From a virus (lineage: Duplodnaviria > Caudoviricetes), in the IMG/VR virus record IMGVR_UViG_3300036770_002271, positions 1 through 63,379 of that record: a DNA stretch of 63,379 nucleotides, one strand, 5' to 3'. Below the pieces are notes generated by a model, which was not told the DNA's origin, ran no database searches, and was given only the letters and a program-made list of their open reading frames with translations. Positions 59,638-63,379 of the stretch are shown here, one piece after another. The position numbers and the translations under genes are program-made. Within the stretch, counting starts at the first letter, position 1. Each line of letters begins with the position of its first letter.

Positions 59638-59972
59638 CAACAGAAACAATTGTATTATGGGAAGCACCTGCTCTTGAAAAGCCCGAATTTAGATTATATT
59701 ATGATGAAGAAGGGAATGTAATTACATATACTACAGAAAAATTGCCAGGTAACTTTATTGTTATTGATAAGATGACATTTGCCGAAGCAAGACCAGATGT
59801 TAAAGTTTTTGAAGGTTCTTTAACACGAAAATCTAATCTTACAGTAGTAAGTAAATTAATTCCTAACATAGAGGGAATAAGTTGTAGTATTGATGATATT
59901 AGTATTTTATATAATGGAAGTGAAACAATTAATTGGAGTTTGAAGACCCGTGAGTACAGAATTGATAGTTGA
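59634..59972 (+). CDS. Hypothetical protein (112 aa)
   Basis: Overlaps both neighbours in a tightly coupled operon. Confidence 0.65.
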   Translation: MTTETIVLWEAPALEKPEFRLYYDEEGNVITYTTEKLPGNFIVIDKMTFAEARPDVKVFEGSLTRKSNLTVVSKLIPNIEGISCSIDDISILYNGSETINWSLKTREYRIDS

Positions 59973-60900
59973 TGTTGCTGACTTAGATTGTATCTATTTG
60001 AGCTATGATGAACCACAAAAAGAATTATTTTGGTTACAAATACAAGACATGATACCTTATGCTAAACGTGTGGATGGTGTTAAAGGAAGTGATGCTGCTC
60101 ACAAAGCAGCAGCAGAGGCTAGTGATACCGAACGTTTTATACTCATCGATGGCGATAATATGCCACAATCTGAATTCTTTAATATTCAATTAGATTTTTC
60201 AAAAGTTGATGAAGTTTTTCAGATTGCTCAGTTTCGTTGGAAGGCTGTAAACCATATAAATGGTTTATGTTATGGTAATGGTGGTATGAGCAGTTGGACA
60301 AAATCATATGTTCGTAATATGAAAACACATGAGCATAGTCAAGGTAATAAAAACAGCACTGTAGATTTTTGTTTGGATAGTAGCGATAATGTTTATTATG
60401 CTATGTGGGATTGTTACAGTACAACTTATCCGAACTATACACCATTTCAAGCTTGGCGTGCTGGATTTCGTGAAGGTGTAAAAATGTCGTTAAGACAGGG
60501 TATTGTACCTACTGTAACTGAATTTCAGGAAAGTGTAAGTAAACGAAATTTAAATAATTTAACGATATGGCATAATGTTGGAACTGATGTTGACAATGGT
60601 ATATGGGCTATATATGGAAGTCGATTAGGTACATATATGACTATGCTTACAGATTGGGATCATAGCCAAGTTCAATGGTTTGATAATTTTTTGTCAATGT
60701 GGGAACAATATGAACATGTGGATCCAAGTTTAGAAGCAGAAAAGATTGGGGTAATTTTATCTGACAAACTTAAGCTGCCAATTTGTACACTAAATAGTGA
60801 ACAAAGTAAATTCTTTAAACTCCATCTTAATTCAAATAGACACAATTTAGGACCATTGGTTCGTGAAATGGATGTAATAAGAAAAATAGAAGGATGGTAA
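59950..60900 (+). CDS. Glycosyltransferase-like protein
   Basis: LSYDEP, RVDGVKG..AAHKAAA, FILIDGDN (DxD) and QAWRAGFREGVK motifs; GTG start. Confidence 0.6.
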   Translation: MSTELIVDVADLDCIYLSYDEPQKELFWLQIQDMIPYAKRVDGVKGSDAAHKAAAEASDTERFILIDGDNMPQSEFFNIQLDFSKVDEVFQIAQFRWKAVNHINGLCYGNGGMSSWTKSYVRNMKTHEHSQGNKNSTVDFCLDSSDNVYYAMWDCYSTTYPNYTPFQAWRAGFREGVKMSLRQGIVPTVTEFQESVSKRNLNNLTIWHNVGTDVDNGIWAIYGSRLGTYMTMLTDWDHSQVQWFDNFLSMWEQYEHVDPSLEAEKIGVILSDKLKLPICTLNSEQSKFFKLHLNSNRHNLGPLVREMDVIRKIEGW

Positions 60901-61847
60901 TGGATCACAAATATATTAAATTAGTTCACAGTAATCCCGCACATGAAGATTGGTTTGTAGTAAATTGGTGTTTAGGAAACACATGTAATTATAGTTGTAG
61001 CTATTGTCCAAGTAGTTTACATGATGGTTCAATTAAATGGCCTGAACTTGATAAAATAAAACAATTTATAACAAGAGTTGTTGAACAAACATATCCGCGT
61101 AAAGTGTATTTTGAATTAACTGGGGGCGAAGTAACACTATACAAATATTTCACCGAAATTTGTCAACATTGTACAGAATTAGGCGCTAAAGTAGGTCTTA
61201 TAAGTAATGGTAGTCGTACATTACGTTGGTGGGAGGAAAATAAACAATACTTTGATCATGTATGTTTAAGCTTTCATCCTGAATTTGCTGAACCCGAACA
61301 TTTTATTGAGGTAGTAAAGATATTACATAATGAAGTTCGTGTCCATGTCAATGTAATGATGGCTCCTGATAAATTTGATTATTGTTATAGTGTAGCTGAT
61401 CGAGTAAAAGATTTAGGTAATATCAGTATGGCATTACAACCATTAATACATGATTTTGGTGAGGTTGTATATGATTATAATGAGTTTCAGAAAAATGTAT
61501 TTGATAGACAGCATGAATTAATTACAAAACATATAAAATTTAACAAATCATTTGATTATTATCGTGGTGCTATGCGACTAATTTATCCTGACGGAACAAG
61601 TGAAGTTAGTAGTGCACATCGTTTTATAAGCTTTAAAACTAATGATTGGAGTGGTTGGAAATGTTATGCTGGAGTTGAACAAATCATTGTAGATTTAGGT
61701 GGTAATATATTTCGTGGTTGGTGTAGGGTAGGGGGCAAGATTGGACATATACATGATGAAGATTTATTAATACCAATAGACCCTGTTATGTGTAACAAAA
61801 CTATGTGTCATTGTAATTTTGACATAATGTCAACTAAGGAGTTGTAG
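60900..61847 (+). CDS. Radical SAM enzyme with C-terminal SPASM/twitch-like domain
   Basis: CNYSCSYC, TGGE, SNG; C-terminal C.AG......D..G....C and C....C.C; ATG 60900 overlaps the upstream TAA (60894 is an alternative start). Confidence 0.9.
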   Translation: MDHKYIKLVHSNPAHEDWFVVNWCLGNTCNYSCSYCPSSLHDGSIKWPELDKIKQFITRVVEQTYPRKVYFELTGGEVTLYKYFTEICQHCTELGAKVGLISNGSRTLRWWEENKQYFDHVCLSFHPEFAEPEHFIEVVKILHNEVRVHVNVMMAPDKFDYCYSVADRVKDLGNISMALQPLIHDFGEVVYDYNEFQKNVFDRQHELITKHIKFNKSFDYYRGAMRLIYPDGTSEVSSAHRFISFKTNDWSGWKCYAGVEQIIVDLGGNIFRGWCRVGGKIGHIHDEDLLIPIDPVMCNKTMCHCNFDIMSTKEL

Positions 61848-62563
61848 TGAGATATTGTATTGTTTCTAGTCCTAGGACTGGAACAACTGCCCTAACAGAA
61901 GCATTAAGAATTTATTCATTTCAAAATAATCCTATAAGTGTGTATTATGGAGAATTACATCATATTAATCTAAACACACTTCATGTATCAGGACATAAAT
62001 CGATAACAACTATCAATGATTATAATAGCCAAGAAAGTAAAGAAATTAGGAATTTAATAAAGTATTATATAGAGCAAACAAATTCTGCTATGGTGGGTAA
62101 ATATTTCCCACATATTTGGCACTTTGAATATTTTGATCCAATGGAAATTCCGAAATATTTATTAGAACATAATTTTAAATTAATTCATATCCGACGTAAT
62201 TTATTTGATGTTATAATTAGTGGTTTAGTTGCTAATATTACTGGTTACTATCATACAAATATGAATCCCTCATATAAAGATCAAATCAAGCCTAATTTTA
62301 AAGACAAATTAAAATTAACTTTCGAATTTTGTATAAAAACAGCTAACCACATGTCTTTAAGCTATTATCTTGTTACACAAATCTGTAAAAAATATCCTAT
62401 TACTGTAATAAATTATGATAATTTAATAGAGGAAAGTACTAATTTATTACCATGTAGTTGGGATCAAGTAACATTAGAAAAAACCTATAAAGAGCCATAT
62501 GAAGAAATTATTGAAAATTATAATGAAGTAAAAAGTTGGATTAAAGATTTTATACATGAGTAA
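61847..62563 (+). CDS. PAPS-dependent sulfotransferase-like protein
   Basis: 5'-PSB motif SSPRTGTTAL, 3'-PB motif RRNLFDVIIS, YDNL and C-terminal IENYNEV; GTG start overlaps the upstream TAG. Confidence 0.78.
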   Translation: MRYCIVSSPRTGTTALTEALRIYSFQNNPISVYYGELHHINLNTLHVSGHKSITTINDYNSQESKEIRNLIKYYIEQTNSAMVGKYFPHIWHFEYFDPMEIPKYLLEHNFKLIHIRRNLFDVIISGLVANITGYYHTNMNPSYKDQIKPNFKDKLKLTFEFCIKTANHMSLSYYLVTQICKKYPITVINYDNLIEESTNLLPCSWDQVTLEKTYKEPYEEIIENYNEVKSWIKDFIHE

Positions 62564-63379
62564 TAAAAATTCCAACAAACAATTAAGAATTTATGATGAA
62601 ACCGGTAAGTTTACTTTATTGTCAGTAGACGAAACTATTGCTAGGGATTACAATCATTGGAAAGATTGGCATTGTAGTGCTGGTATAAGAGGGTTGTATA
62701 TTGATTATGATGGTAATGTTTGGGTATGTAATACAGCAAGTTCAAAATTCAATCGTTTTAATTATGATGAATGGAAAACAACCTATATGAAGTATATAGG
62801 TCATTATGGTAATAATGTTCCAAGTGAATGGCAGTCTACTGGTGAAAAATGGATAAAATTAAACAATGAATATCTTAAAACTAAAAATGCCTTTAAAAAA
62901 ATTATACCAGTAACTTCAGAAGGTAAAAAAGATAATCCAGGATTCATTGGTAATATCTATGAAAACATTGATTTTACAAAAACTTGGTTTACATGTCCAT
63001 GGGATCAATGTGGGTGCGGGGCTGACGTTGTTTTAAGTAAAGTAAAAGACAAAAGTAAAGTTGATATATTAAGTGTAACTAATTATGGAATTCGTGGTAA
63101 AGAAATTACAGAATACGATGAAGTAGAAAATATACAAATGCCAATTGGTATTGAACTAGACTTTCCTATGCCATATCAGATATTGTGGGATTTAAGTAGA
63201 AAGTGTAATTATGATTGTAGTTATTGTTGGCCTAGCGTACACAATAATACTGATGAACATAAAGATTATAATTTGTTACTAAACACAGTAGATAACATCA
63301 TACAAAATTGGGCTAACCATAATACAATTCGTTGGAACTTTGGAGGAGGAGAGCCTACATTACATCCTAACTATAAAGA
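62556..63379 (+). CDS. Radical SAM protein with an N-terminal SPASM-like domain (truncated at the right edge; not in the ORF track)
   Basis: MSNKNSNKQLRIY...WHCSAGIRGLYIDYDGNVWVC...CPWDQCGCGAD...LSRKCNYDCSYC (from 63204)...FGGGEPTLHP. Confidence 0.88.
   Translation, partial: MSNKNSNKQLRIYDETGKFTLLSVDETIARDYNHWKDWHCSAGIRGLYIDYDGNVWVCNTASSKFNRFNYDEWKTTYMKYIGHYGNNVPSEWQSTGEKWIKLNNEYLKTKNAFKKIIPVTSEGKKDNPGFIGNIYENIDFTKTWFTCPWDQCGCGADVVLSKVKDKSKVDILSVTNYGIRGKEITEYDEVENIQMPIGIELDFPMPYQILWDLSRKCNYDCSYCWPSVHNNTDEHKDYNLLLNTVDNIIQNWANHNTIRWNFGGGEPTLHPNYK

Noticed and set aside
8799-60908. Numerous short ORFs overlapping confident genes on the opposite strand or in another frame (e.g. 9148-9492, 12121-12537, 16572-17003, 30591-30953, 55730-56113)
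   Set aside because: Nested in well-supported genes, without recognisable motifs or expression signals.
1-63379. Stop-codon reassignment or a diversity-generating retroelement
   Set aside because: Genes are full length in the standard code and TAA, TAG and TGA all act as stops; no reverse transcriptase or adenine-specific repeat pair was seen.

Overview
A 63-kb segment of a large T4-like myophage genome (AT-rich, standard genetic code), covering most of the virion module. From left to right: a giant Gly-X-Gln collagen-like fibre gene (minus strand, truncated at the left edge and absent from the ORF track); a degenerate HNH/Zn protein; a fatty-acid desaturase; the head cluster (gp23, gp22, gp21, two core-like genes, gp20); a tape measure protein ending in an M15-type peptidase motif; a gp26-like gene with an apparent programmed -1 frameshift into a gp51-like frame; a ~400-nt highly structured non-coding region; an Hjc-like resolvase, gp46 and gp47; a free-standing HNH endonuclease; a gp55-like late sigma factor; the baseplate operon (gp53, gp5, gp25, gp6 and a 6380-aa protein); fibre genes; and a late-promoter-linked cluster of glycosyltransferase-like, radical SAM and sulfotransferase genes. 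The strongest novelty candidates are the multi-pseudoknot RNA at ~18685-19081, the frameshift signal at 18448-18498, the putative virion-modification cluster with its possible collagen substrate, and self-nested domains in the 6380-aa protein. All family calls come from motif recognition and gene order; no searches were run.
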